From Antedon mediterranea (taxonomy: Eukaryota; Animalia; Echinodermata): a DNA stretch of 64,000 nt. Made by a program: the position numbers and the translations under genes. The notes below the pieces were generated by a model. It had not been told where the DNA came from, did not search any database, and saw only the letters and a program-made list of their open reading frames with translations. This document shows, piece after piece, positions 23,601 through 36,178 of the stretch; the first letter of the stretch is position 1, and each line of letters opens with the position of its first letter. The stretch covers positions 20,260,795 to 20,324,794 of the forward strand of contig NC_092670.1 of assembly GCF_964355755.1 (NCBI RefSeq), read 5' to 3'.

Positions 23601-26600
23601 TAATAATAAATCATACATAAGATACATACACTTCAAGAAAATGAAATAAAAAATATGTGTTCCCGAGCATTCTGACGATCTATATTAATTTTAAAATTTA
23701 GCATATTTTCACCATTTTGTTAACTTACACGTGCGTAGCCTGTCACTTTTGACGTGCTCGTATAAGGCAATTACGCGTTGAAAAGTGAATAAAATATGAT
23801 GATATTATTAAAGAAAGGTTGTACAACCGAAATCGGACAAAAAGAGTGCGCATTAACGTATAACGCGCAGTGCGCGTGCAAAAATCTGCGCACTCATGGC
23901 AATTTTTTAAACGCTTAAAATTGCCTGAAACGTACTCTAATTTCATCGAAAATAAATTTTAAAAATTTTGAACATTTTAAGCGCGCGTACGCAAGCGTTA
24001 TATGCGCTACGCACGTAATTGTATTGCCATATGATGAAATATGACCTGAAATTTATGAGTACCAAATTTTGTTTAATTGTGATTCATGCTTGTGAAGATA
24101 TGATTACAAACGTGATTTCGTAAAATCGCGCGTAGACCGCGTAATTTTTGATTACGCATCGTGAAAATATAACCACATCGATTCCTGGCCATAAGGAATA
24201 TACTCTGAAAAATTGACTTAAATAGATGAAACTGATATCAAGATAATTCACGGACAAAATAGTGCTAAGGAAAGAATAAATAAATAAATAAAGATTTTGA
24301 CAGAATCAAGAGGTTATATGCATGATAATGCATATAACCTAATTACAGTTTTCAATTATAATAGAATTGTTAAAAGGTAGCAAATGACAGTACATCATTA
24401 ATGAATGCATAGGATAACAAGATATATAGTTTTCATGTTTTTTTTCACTTTGTTTTGGCACATTTATCTAGGCTTTATAAAGAATGTTGCTAATAGAAAA
24501 CCATTTAATAGGACAACATTGAAATAAATAAAAAGCAAAAAAAAGTAGCATAAATGATAACAGCTTGAAAACTAAACAGAGAAACTGAAATGATATTCAC
24601 TATACCTCATCACTATCATCATCATCGCTCTAAGATGAACCATGGAAAATGATAAACAAAATATAATGAATGATAAATAATATTATTACTTTGTATCATA
24701 GGTGAGTTGTTTTGTGTCTACTAAGGTATTAGTGACCAAAGGGGTTTTAACGATCATCAATGTACCGTATATCCTTGGGTATAATCCCACCCCAATAGAA
24801 CACGAAATTGGGCCGACTTTGCGAGGTGGGACCATACCTGGGGAATACCTGATTCAGGTAAAAAAAATGATTTGTAACCATTTCTTGTAAAAACTCATCT
24901 GAACTGGATAGAAAAAGGTCTACATCCAGACCAATATTGGGACTATACCCGGAGATATGCCTGTTTGTGAAATCATACATAAAGTACGGGGTAGGATTAG
25001 ACCAGAAGTGGGATTATACCTGAGGATATGGTATTAGCAACCACCAAGGTATATATTGTTTGTATTTAAAAAAAATATTATTGCCCTATTGATGCTATAT
25101 AGTATATATTAATTTGTCTTTTTAACAAAGAATTGTACTAACAAGTTTCTTATGAGCCCGCCAATTTCTCTGAATACTCTTTGCGCTGTTGTTCTTTCTC
25201 AATTCCTGCGCCTTTCTCTTCTGTTCTTCAAGCCTAATCTCTTCCTTTTTCTGTGCTCTTTTCAGGGACGCTGTGCTTCCGCTCCGGCTGCGTGGTGTTG
25301 TGCGTTGGATTGAGTCTGAGCTGGACTGGCGTGTTAATTTACTCCTAGCAGCAGCTTCTTCAGATTCCTTAAGTATTTGTGCAGTTATCTTCTTTAATTT
25401 GCCATTCAAATCTTTAATCTCTTGTCTGCAATAAATATAACAAATCTCAATAACACCAAATATGTAATATTCTAGTAGTGTAATGTGCCCAAATATGGTA
25501 GTGATATGGTCAAATATGGTAGTGATATGGTCAAATATGGTAGTGATATGACATCATTATGTCCATATATGGGCACATCAAATGTTTTGTTTTGTTTGAT
25601 GGTGTAGACAGAGCATAACATGTGTTATCTAAGATAATCTATCTAAGTATTGCTTTATTCAAATGTTTTTAAAGTTGTAGTGAAATAATCTAGTTCTTTT
25701 ATTGATGGTAGCGAGTAACAATAATATTATAAAGAGTATAACAAAGGCAAGGTCTCCTGATTGTTTTGTTTTCAAATGCAGTAACATTTGTTTACAATAT
25801 TAATATAATAATATGTAAAGCACATTTGAACATGTTTATTCATGAAAAGGGCACTATACAAATGTGGTATTATTATTATTATTAATATTATAATTATGAT
25901 AATCACAACTTCAAAACCTTACTCTTGTTCGTCTATTGTTTTCCGTAATTTTGATTTCTCTTCTTTCAGTCGTTTATTGTCTTTTTCATGCTTTTCAATG
26001 GTTTCCATCAACTGTCTCTTATTAGCTTCTGCTACAGAGTTCTTTATCTCTCTGCCTTTTGCCTCTTCCACCTCCTTGATAAGAATTTAAATTGTCCCTT
26101 TAGTGTATATAGGCCTAGGTTTTTTTTCTTTATACAATAACATATAACATAATCTTTTTTACTGTTTGGGCTTTCTTGGTTTTTGTTCACACATGTGTGT
26201 TAGCACACAACCTATTAAGCCTTGTCTACACTATCAAACTTTATGTGACAAAACAAATGTAATGTGCCCATATATGTACATGATGATATCATATCACTAC
26301 CCTATTTAGAAACATTATCCCTTTTTTTGGTCAAAGTTGGATAGTGTAGCCATAGCTTTACATAACCACTTTCCAGGATCTAGATAAGTGTGAACAAGAC
26401 CCTAGTTTTTTTCTGAAGAACTAAATATTATGTGTTACCTTTTCAAGTTTGTTGATGGTAGCTAGTAGATTCTGCCTATCCATGTCCTTGTAGTCTGTCA
26501 TTTAAAAATGCATTTAAAAATTATATTTTTATATGGTAATTCTTTCATACAATCGTATTTAGGCAATTATAAGGTAATAGTACTATATATTTATTAGAAA

Positions 26601-29296
26601 GTATTAATCAAAGTATTCAGATCAGAGAATTAAACTAATTGGTTGGGAGTGACTTTGTCTTTAACACAATGGTACCTTCTACTCACCTCCCTTTCCCCCT
26701 TTACCCCCTGACCTTGGGCTCGATTTGTCCATAGCTCGTTCCAAATCCAACTTCAATAGTTTATTTTCACTTTGCATTCGTTGGTTAGCTTCTGTCAGCC
26801 GTAAAACTGTCCCATTCAATGCTTTTAATTTTGCATTGTTGTTACCACTTTGTTTCATTGACCTGTAGGTTAAAAATAAAAGTAGAGCTGTCCATGTAAG
26901 TAGAGGTGTCCATTTAAGTGGGAAAGGCTTATTCCAATAAATACAATATAAATCAAACAGAATGTTTTAAACTAACCTTGATAGTTTTTCATTTTCACTT
27001 TGCTCAATTCGTAACCTTTGAACCTGAAATAGTAATATGTAAATATTAGTAGTAATATATAGTAACAGTCACATGTTATATAAATAGTATTAAGCTCTTT
27101 TTACACTATCAAACTAGTTTGACAAAAAAAGTGTGATGTGCCCAAATATGGTAGAATATGACATCATCTTGTCCATCACATTTTTTTTTTCACATAAAGT
27201 TTGATAGTGTAGACAGAGCTTTACCTCTTGATAGAAAGTTTCCATTGCAATTTTCATTTCTTCAATATTAGTACATTTCATGTCTTCGTGCAATTTCCTA
27301 AAAAATAAACAAAACCCGAAAGTATTTCATGATCTTTAAAATTAATTATAAAAACTGAACTTTCTAAAAAAATTATAAACCATTCCAAATACTACAATAT
27401 TAACCTATTACAGTAGTTCTCAGTGTAAAGTATGTATACTGCAGTAACTTAAAAAGTTTGAACAGTTACCATTAAAAAATTAAAAACCTACTTAAGTGCG
27501 TTTTCTTTTTCCTTAACAGCCATTTCAAGCTTAACGTTCCTTTGTTTCAATGTTACTATTTTCTAAAAGAAGAAAGATTTAGATGTTTAGATTTTAATAA
27601 TAATACTTTAAACATTTTGAAGGTTTAAAAAATTATTTTACTTACAGCATTGGGATCAATAATTTTACCACTTGAGGTCATTTTCATATCCCCAGTCTGT
27701 AAAAAAATCAGAACACCTAATAAATGTGTAATATTTAGACATGAAAATGAAAATAGTGACATACCTCACTAGTCTTCATAAATAGTGACATACCCTACTG
27801 GTCATCTTTAACAGTGACCAACCCTACTGGTCATCATTAATAGTGACATACCCTACTGGCCATCATTAATTCATCAATATATTTCTCCTTCATTTTATTG
27901 TCATCTTCAAGTCGTCGATGGCGTGCCTTTATCAGCTCACTCTCTTGCTTAAGTACAGTGACCGTCTTTCTTAACTCCAGTATGTCATCATACATGTCCT
28001 CTTGAGGTTTGTAAACTGGAACTCCTTTCGTACTCCTTGTAAATGTATCTAGAAGGAAGTAAGTTCATTGACTGTGTTACTACTTAAAAATTGAAATATC
28101 TAACTCTGAAGCTGATGTATTACTTAGTAATATTAATATACTGCAGTTACTGCAGAAGAATATACAATTACAGTCTTACCATCCATAGCTGATTGTGATC
28201 TTCGTGACTTTGCTGGTAGGCCCAGAACAGCTTCTCGAAGGTAGTCGCTACAATTACCACCAGGTACAGTTTTCTTACCAGTCAAGCCTAGGTAATTACT
28301 GCTTTTCACACTTGCTGTCAACCCTTAAAATATAAAGTATGTATGTTAAAAATCAATCTCCCAAAAGAAATAATGCTAAAGCTTTGTCTATATGGACATG
28401 CCACTTTTTGTGTCAAACTACTTCGATAGTGTAGACAGAGCTTAAGTTGTAGAATTTAGAAATGTGTATGATGTTTTTTTTTACTTACCTTGCCCTCTGT
28501 GCATTCCTTCAATCCATAATTCTTCTGATGTTTTTTTCGGGCCAGTAGCTCTCATTGGTTGTCCATACGGCGAGGCTTTTTAAAAGAACAAGTTTAATAT
28601 TATATTTTATTTTGTATTGAGTTTTATTTAGAGTTGGTGAATGGAAAATAGTAGTTTATTATTTTATTAATCAATGCTCACAACATTTACATAAAATTAA
28701 TACTTACGTGGTTTCTTGACACGAACATTTTTTGAAACTTTCTTTTTCTTTTTTTTTGGGTTTCCTTTAGGTGAGTGTAATTTTAATTCATCTTCTGAAA
28801 CATTGGATGCAAAGCTGTCATCTGAATACTCTGCAAACTGTAACAAAAATATACAATTTTTATATAATAAACGCTAAATATTTTCAGGGTATATAGAAAT
28901 ATTGGCGAACGCCACATCATAATTAATGAGGAAAAGGGTTGGCGAGCCTTATTCATATATCTTTATAGATTGGGTTGAAGTGAACTATAACATTTCTATT
29001 GCTGCGATACAAGGAGCCTAAAGTGGGCCTATAACTATATTACTACTACTAGGCCGCCAGCCTGGCCTGGTCCTTCTTTATAAACTCTAGCTAGGCTAAA
29101 GCACTCTCCCCCACCGACCGTACCCACTCATTGGACTGTTAGTGTCAATAATTGTAAAAAAGATGTAGGCCTAGGCCCAACTCTAGGGTCTAGCTTGCTA
29201 TAGCATATTGACTAGGCTTATATATCGTAAATACATTATTATTTATTCAATATTAATGCCCTAGATATGTTATACCTCCTTAGCTGAAGTGGGCAT
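20683..29296 (-). CDS. IQCE: IQ domain-containing protein E (EvC-zone ciliary Hedgehog component), complete, 19 exons, about 697 aa
   Basis: Exons in transcript order: 29296-29276 (ATG), 28837-28708, 28575-28489, 28323-28180, 28048-27852, 27696-27646, 27562-27492, 27297-27225, 27023-26977, 26862-26687, 26494-26439, 26074-25923, 25425-25143, 24629-24606, 22589-22563, 22409-22189, 21443-21346, 21194-21066, 20789-20683 (TAA). Total 2094 nt with consistent phases. Coiled-coil segments PVYKPQEDMYDDILELRK...RHRRLEDDNKMKEKYIDEL and DMKCTNIEEMKIAMETFYQEVQRL resemble vertebrate IQCE. IQ motifs: SAKSIQRNWRAHKK, ATVAIQSAYRGHESRKK, VAMTIQSAARGHWGRKK. Confidence 0.88.
20836..21010. mobile_element. hAT-type MITE copy in the last IQCE intron
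   Basis: CAGTGGCATAACAGCTATGAGCGCTCAC ... GGCCTCCAGCGTTGGAGGG ... CTCTGTGTTACAC; same family as 1379-1537. Confidence 0.75.
21545..21743. mobile_element. hAT-type MITE copy
   Basis: TAGTGGCGTAACAGCTATGAGC ... CTCTGCGTTACGCCACTG; same family as 1379-1537. Confidence 0.8.
22870..24343. mobile_element. Non-autonomous Helentron/DINE-like element (about 1.47 kb) in IQCE intron
   Basis: Begins ACTAG after an A-run, then a hairpin AATTCGTCA-CTC-TGACGAATT (22879-22899) and a subterminal motif AGGTTATATGCAT (22902-22914). That motif recurs at the far end as a palindrome AGGTTATATGCAT-GATA-ATGCATATAACCT (24311-24340). The interior is CpG-rich and there is no transposase ORF. Confidence 0.65.
24765..25031. 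mobile_element. Tc1/mariner-type MITE
   Basis: TA|CCGTATATCCTTGGGTATAATCCCAC ... GTGGGATTATACCTGAGGATATGG|TA. Confidence 0.65.
27093..27220. mobile_element. AGCTCTGTCTACAC-family MITE inserted in an IQCE 5' splice site
   Basis: TSD TTA at 27090-92 and 27221-23. The latter is the TAA of the donor GTAA of exon 27297-27225. Confidence 0.85.
27752..27867 (-). repeat. 4 x 29-bp tandem repeat spanning an IQCE exon end and donor site
   Basis: Units AATAGTGACATACCCTACTGG(T/C)CATC(A/T)TT start at 27752, 27781, 27810 and 27839. Confidence 0.85.
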
Positions 29297-30422
29297 CGTG
29301 AAATATACGACCATTCACTAAAATTAATTTCGATCAAAAAAATGTTTATTGTTTACAGAGTCGATAGTGACCAAATTGGTGGCAGTATTTGTTAGTATAC
29401 TGCCCTCTATTTTTCTTAAGTTTGCGAACTAAGTATTCAATACAAAAATATACAGTACTGTAACTTGGGTAAAATAAAATACAAGAACATCATCATTATT
29501 TATTATGATAAGAAATAAAAGCTAAATACTTCTTCCTCTATTAAAAAAAAATATTGAAACGTTGGTTTAAAAAAAACAACATTGAATTAGATTGTCTCGT
29601 TTTAAAAAGAATACATTTGTAGCTCACTGTAGGCCTATCTGTTTTTTGTGTCTTGTATAATGTAAATCATAGGTAGTGTTTGTATCAAAATAAAAGAGAG
29701 CATTTCCTTTTTTAAAGTACAGAATAATTTATTTCAAAATATACACACAATATTAAAAAGTTTATAACAAACATTTTTGCAATCTCTTTTAAAAAGAAAA
29801 TTGTTTGGAATATTTGGGGTATTTTCATACTCACTAGGGTTGCTGGACGGAATTAAATATTACTATTATAAAACAAATAGAAAAAAATTATTTAGTAAAG
29901 TAGAGGGACCAAGACTTGAGGTAACAGTAGTCTTAGATAAAATAATAATATTAAATACTGTACTTTATTTTAACGTAAATAAATAATACTTTATTTTAGT
30001 GGAGCTGTAACTTCAACGTCTTGCCTTCCAATTCCAAAGTTCAATCCTGACCTAGTGCCAGGGTCGTAACTCACAACTTTTTTAACTCCACTCCAAAAGC
30101 CTCAAATGAAACTTAGTTTATAAGCACGATAGATTTATGAAATAATTTATGCATCGTGTAATTGACGAGTTACTCGTTGTTGGATGTGTATAAAAAAAAA
30201 GCTTGTGTCACCTCAAAGGTGTTCTACAAGGCTGTGGTTAACTTAATAAAAATAACAAGAGAGAGAGAAAAACAGAAAACATCTAAAGAGACACATTCAT
30301 TAATTTAAAATATTTTGGGTGTTGTTCTTCATCAATCATAATCATTTGTCATATACAGGTTAAAAGTTTATACAGATATATGAAGGAATTTTGATAAATC
30401 TATTTTGCAATATGCTATTGGT

Positions 30423-32483
30423 TCACTCTGCTAAGGACTTCATTATCTCCAGTTTGCTCTGGTATAAATGGTAGAACTCGTTTGCAATGTAGTAGAATGG
30501 AGCTTCTACGTTTTTTTGCTCTTTCTGTAAGAAAAAAAATCAATCAATCGTTAAAATGCTTCGAACAATGAAGAGCTTTTCAATGTAATGGAAAATAGTT
30601 TATCAAGAAAGTAAAATGCTGGTATACTCTTATAAGCTATTATGTGACAAAAAAAATATGATGTGTCCATATATGGACATGATGATGTCATATCCCTACC
30701 ATATTTGGATATATCACTACCATATTTGGGCATATCACACTTTCTTTTTTCAAACTAGTTTGATAGTGTAGACAGAGCTTACGACAAATTAATCTGCTAA
30801 CTTACTGCAGAACATTCAAAATATTGGATGTCTTTCTTGGCAGCATATTCCTCTGCAGTGTTGGAACCAACATTTCGTCGTCCTTCTAAATCTATCTTGT
30901 TTCCGACTAAAACAGCTGTAAGAATAAGAGTCATTGAAACATAAACACTCATAATAGGGAATCTAGTTATGTCATGTTAATTCATCAGGGAAAATTGTGA
31001 TGTCATTCCACATTCAATTCTAGGTTCAGACGGCAATCAATAACATTCATAATGGTATATTTATTCAAATCCTCTTCACAGAAAAACTGAAGTGTGACAA
31101 TTTTTTACATTTTTAAAAGGTACTTAAAATATTTGAAATGTTTAAAAAAGAGAGCATAAAATAACATTAAAAAATTGAGGAACACACAATACATCATATA
31201 AAAACAATAAAATAAACATATGTTCTATCTTGATGTGTGTAGATTTAATTGTCGATAGAGGGATATCAACCAGCCCAATAATTACATGTTTTGAAAAAAA
31301 ACAAGCTCATATGCTTCGTTGATTAATTTGGTATTCTTATTTAAGATTTTAAGTTTATTATAATAGTCAAATGATACCTTATTATAATGTTTATTATTTA
31401 GGCATTTGTTCATAGTATTTGTATCCCTTTTTGTTTTTGAATGTTAACCTGTTATTGGCAAATTCTTTTTGCGGTTGGTTTTGGTTTCGAAATAAATTTA
31501 TAAAAAATAAAATGTTAACCAACCTGGAATATCTTGATTGGCTGCAGCTTTCACTCTTTCCAGCCATTTATTGCAACTTTTGAAAGATTCTGCATTGGTG
31601 ACATCAAAGACAGCAATGGCTACAGATGGTTGATCCCACTGTACAAGATGCAAAGAAATTATTGTTTAATGTACTATACTGGTTGTGGAGGCCTCTTGAA
31701 CACAATTATAACTGATGCTTACTTTAACTTTAATCACCCCCTCCCCCACCCAAGGGTGATCAATCTACTGTACTTACAAACTCTTGAACATAATCAGAAA
31801 ATGTCTCTTTTCCAGCTGAATCATAGAGAAACAGTTCCTGTATTAAACATTTAAAAAAGACAATTTATTAACATTACACCTTTCATATGTTATAATGTAC
31901 TGGTTATTTAATGCCAAATAAAAATAAAAATGCACTAGGTTAATGATGGATCATTTAAGTAAAATGAATGTCCTTACCACAGAGTCATTTGTGTCTGGAA
32001 TGTTCACTGTCTTTACACAAAGTTCAACACCAATTGTCTAAAAGAAGATAGCATGCGTGATTACATAGAAACTGAATTATTATATTATAACAAACATAAA
32101 TACAGAAACAAAAACATACTGTGTAAGTGTAAAAAACAAATATGATATTAATAATCATCATCTTATTCTTGGTTTACCATTGAATATGCTTTTGGAAAGT
32201 GGCTGCCATCACTGTGGAATATTTGAGTCAATGCACTTTTTCCAACAGTTGAATTTCCTAAATAAAAAAAAGTTTTAAAACATGTTAATGCACATTCAGT
32301 TTAGGCTAGGCCCTAAACTTATAGAATATCCGGTAAATCTAAGTCAAACCAACCAACTGTGGCCGCAACGATCATCGCAGCCACAGACTAACCAGCTAGG
32401 GCCTAGGAAAAATAAATAATATCTTTATATAGTGAATTATTATACCAACCTACAACGACACATTTAGCTCTTAAGACTACCAT
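30423..32483 (-). CDS. IFT27: Intraflagellar transport protein 27 (RABL4, Rab-like small GTPase), complete, 7 exons, 186 aa
   Basis: Exons 32483-32450, 32257-32178, 32037-31978, 31837-31778, 31638-31524, 30915-30806, 30524-30423 (TGA), 561 nt. Translation: [73 protein letters not shown]...AVLVGNKIDL...FECSAKEQKNVEAPFYYIA. It has P-loop GxxxxGKS, the IFT27-type G3 DSAGK (no catalytic Gln), NKxD and SAK motifs, and no C-terminal prenylation cysteine. Confidence 0.95.
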
Positions 32484-33669
32484 TGCAACAAACAAACTCT
32501 TCCGTTCGTTTTTATATAGCCAAAGAGGTGCTTAAATTTCAAAATTAAAACTAAATGTTGTGTTGACAGTTTCTGAATCGAATGGTATGTTTATTATCTC
32601 GCGTCTTCTGCTTGGCGATTTACAAATTGAGGGCGTGCTTTGTCTAATGATTGACAGAGGTGAACTGTACGTACAGCAACTTTGATATTTTAAAATACGT
32701 AGTTTTAGTTTTACACTGTATTATATAACTATCATTTATCAAGGTTATAAAACATTTGAAATCATTGGTTTATTTATCGAGTTTTATCTAATTAAATATG
32801 AATATTAACTTATATTAATTATTATTTATATGGATAATTTATATTAATTAAAAGCTGCAAATTTTGAAGTAAGAATTGAATTAATAAATTCGTAATGACA
32901 AACAAATGCAGTCTTTGTTTGAGGTTTAGAATAATTACATACTACCTCATACATAATCATTAATTTGTTATGTTATTTGGTATATTATAGAAAAACAGGG
33001 ACTATATGCCGCATGTAGGCCCTACGTCAGGCAATATAAAGTAATCAGGCAACTGGCCTCAAGTAGCAAAAAAACAATGAGTACAGGTGGCCACGAATTA
33101 ATATTCATCATCAACGATTGATCCAATCAGATTGCTGAAGTCCGGCATTGTTTTAATTGTGCTGCAATTTCATTAAATTCCATTCAAAGTAGGCCTACGC
33201 GTCTGCGTCATTTCTGTTGTTGTGTGCCTGTCATGCGACTGAATTATGGGTTTACAGTTGGACGTAAGTAGAACATTAGGTATTCTTACACTAATGATAC
33301 TATTATACATTTAATGTAAAGATAAATGTGTCATTCGGACACGAATTGAATATGTTTTATATTACGCCACCGTACGTAAATCCGCAACTGTAAGAAATAA
33401 TGTCCACATCTCGTCTCTTCTGAGACATTTTATTCTGTGCGTGTGCCGTTATGTTGATCAAATGTAGTGGAGAGATCAACTAACTTGTCCACGTGACAAT
33501 ACTGGTGCTAACTAATATTTAATAAACTGTCTTCTGTGGGCCTACACCCCTCAACTTATGATTTTTGTCTATTAATATTAATTTTTTTTCAGGTTAATCA
33601 AAGCTATTTTTATTCTTTCAGATATTGAAGATAATATTTTTACTTTTATCTTGCAGATTTTTAATTATA

Positions 33670-35314
33670 TGTGACCCGATCTGGCAAAACCCTCTCTTTG
33701 TCGGCAATTCAAAATTCACGTAATCAGTCAAAATACGTCCAAATCGACTACCCTGGCAGATTACATGTTTTTGCATTTTCGAAATATTTCTCTATCTAAG
33801 AATACGTCTACCTGATTTAAACTCCCGAAATTTAACTAAAATTATGAAAAAAGAGAGTTTTAAAAACATGTATTTTCCTCAAGCCTAACAATTTATTCAC
33901 GATCTACGCTAAAATTTTGCGTAAATTCAGTTGAAAGTTGCCGAGTTTTACGACATTTTGATCGCCAGTTCGCTGCACAATGTTGAAAGGTCACACATCA
34001 AAATAAAGCTCATCCATTTGACATTCCAAATATGGAAGTTTTAGGGCGGAGTTTAAAGAAGGAACCAATGAAAACTTTGATTTACTATGACATCATTTCA
34101 GAAAATTCGGTTCTTCGAAGTTTCTGGAACAGCGAACTGCGTGTGTTGCTATGGCGCATCATCGCAATAACAAACGTTATTGGTCAACGCGCTAGATGTT
34201 ATACGCTCTACGCGCGGAAATAAAAAGTTGTTTACATTTTTGTGAGGTTATTTTTATTTTACACACAGCATGTCGTAAATTTGAATAAAAACGATTTTAA
34301 TATTCAAAGTAAAGTGTTCTGCAATAGCTGTAGTGTGTATTTGTTTATTCCATAGTAAAATAGACAAGTCAAAAACAATTCACGTCATAAATTCAATTGT
34401 ATTTTCTATATTTTTTTGGGCTAGTAGGCCCTTAGGCCTAATTTTATTATGGTTGTAGGCCTACTACTACTGGGCCTAGCTTTATATTATTGTCAATAGT
34501 TTTATTTATACATTTTATATATCCAATCGGCTCTTAATTATTTATTTAATTTATTGTCCATTCCTTTCATATTAAATGTTTTTTTAAATCATTGGATTCA
34601 AGCCCAAACATCACAGCGAATCTTCCACGTTATAAAAAAAACAAATGTTATCGTCAATACAGTGTAATGTTAGCTTGCAATTAGCTGTGACTCTGCAAGG
34701 CGCCTAACTTGTCTAGACTAACGCTAGCCCCCGTGTCGATGCACCGCTGCCATACACGGCCTGATGAACACCCATCATCAGTAGGTCTTAATACAGTACA
34801 GGCGATGACGGCGAAAATCTGAATAGGCGCACCTAGGCCTAGGCCTGCTTGGTTTTTTGCCGTTGATATCGTAAACACTTCCGAAACCAGTTAACATTAG
34901 CTTGGTAGTTATAATGCTGCTTTTCAATAGTGCAAAATAGTTAATTCGAGTGACTAAATAGGTTAAAACGGCGTCTGAAATCAGTCAAATTGACCATAGT
35001 GTCCACGCTGCTGCTATATCGCACACACTTCCTGGAATGACGTCATTGTACCTTAGACCAAAATAGCGCGTTGCTACGGAGTGAATTTTCAGCGCGTATC
35101 AAAAAGAATTTCATTGCAAACTTCAAACGCGATTTTCTCGTAAACTAATTGAATGATTTGTAAGTTTTTAAAATATAATAACTTTTTAAATATTTACTCA
35201 ATTTTTATGAAATAAACACCATTGCAAAGCTTATGATTCAAATAATCCAAATATATAAAAAAATACAAAATGAATATTTCCGACAAAAGTAGGGTTTTGC
35301 CAGATCGGGTCACA
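33670..35314. mobile_element. 1645-bp non-autonomous DNA transposon with TGT..ACA ends and a 4-bp TSD
   Basis: TIR TGTGACCCGATCTGGCAAAACCCT (24 nt exact, extending imperfectly to about 40 nt) at both ends. TATA flanks both sides (33666-69 and 35315-18). No long ORF. Confidence 0.85.
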
Positions 35315-36178
35315 TATATCTTATTTTTCTTTGCCATGTTTTTATTATTTTATATATTTATAAATATTTTGTAATGAATTTATGAATCTATACAATTTAC
35401 TAAATATTATAATATATATTATTTTAAGGGTACTAATATTAATTTCTTATTCTTTCAGAAATCTACTGGAATGATCATAACGTTATTTTTAAAAAGCACG
35501 TAGGGCCTACTTGATACTAGAAAGAATTGAGAAAAGAGTGGACACACTCCCGAAAAGTCAGCCGCATTACGCATGCAAAGCCATATGAATTTAATGTTAA
35601 TCAACCAGCCTTACCGTACTCTTCCCTGAAATATATGGACGAACCAATTATAACGTTTTATCTCAAAGTTTGATAAAACTATAGTTAAACTTTTCTTTCA
35701 GAACTATGAAACTCAAACGACGTGTCATGGTTCAATGGTGGAGACAATATTTTTAAATGAGAGTCCCAGAGCCTGAATATGTATTTAAAAAAAGCGGTGA
35801 ACTTAACCATGCCATATCTTTCGCATTGCATTTTTGAGTTCCAATAAAAGCGGGCAACGGTAGACGTACTATATTGTTATCTTATATTGGATCTGCGTAA
35901 AAACAGCAACTTGGTAATTATTTGAAATGGCTTCCGTTCCCTCTGAAATTCACTGATAACAAATCTATTATTTGATAACCATTATCTTTTTTCTACACTA
36001 ATTGTCAGATTTACTTTCAACTAATTTAACAATTTAATATTATTTTTTTGTGTAGGCCTACCGATTAGCTTTTTTTCTATGCAATTCTAATTTGTTTACT
36101 GTTACCTAATTTAATAATTATTTAGTAACCATTAACATTACTATTTCATCTTTTCTACTAAATCAATTGTTGTTTCAG

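Noticed and set aside
30551-30733. Recurrent peptide MPKYGSDM.. in several ORFs (5766, 30551, 61566) as a repeat protein
   Set aside because: It is the translation of the 21-bp internal repeat of the AGCTCTGTCTACAC MITE.
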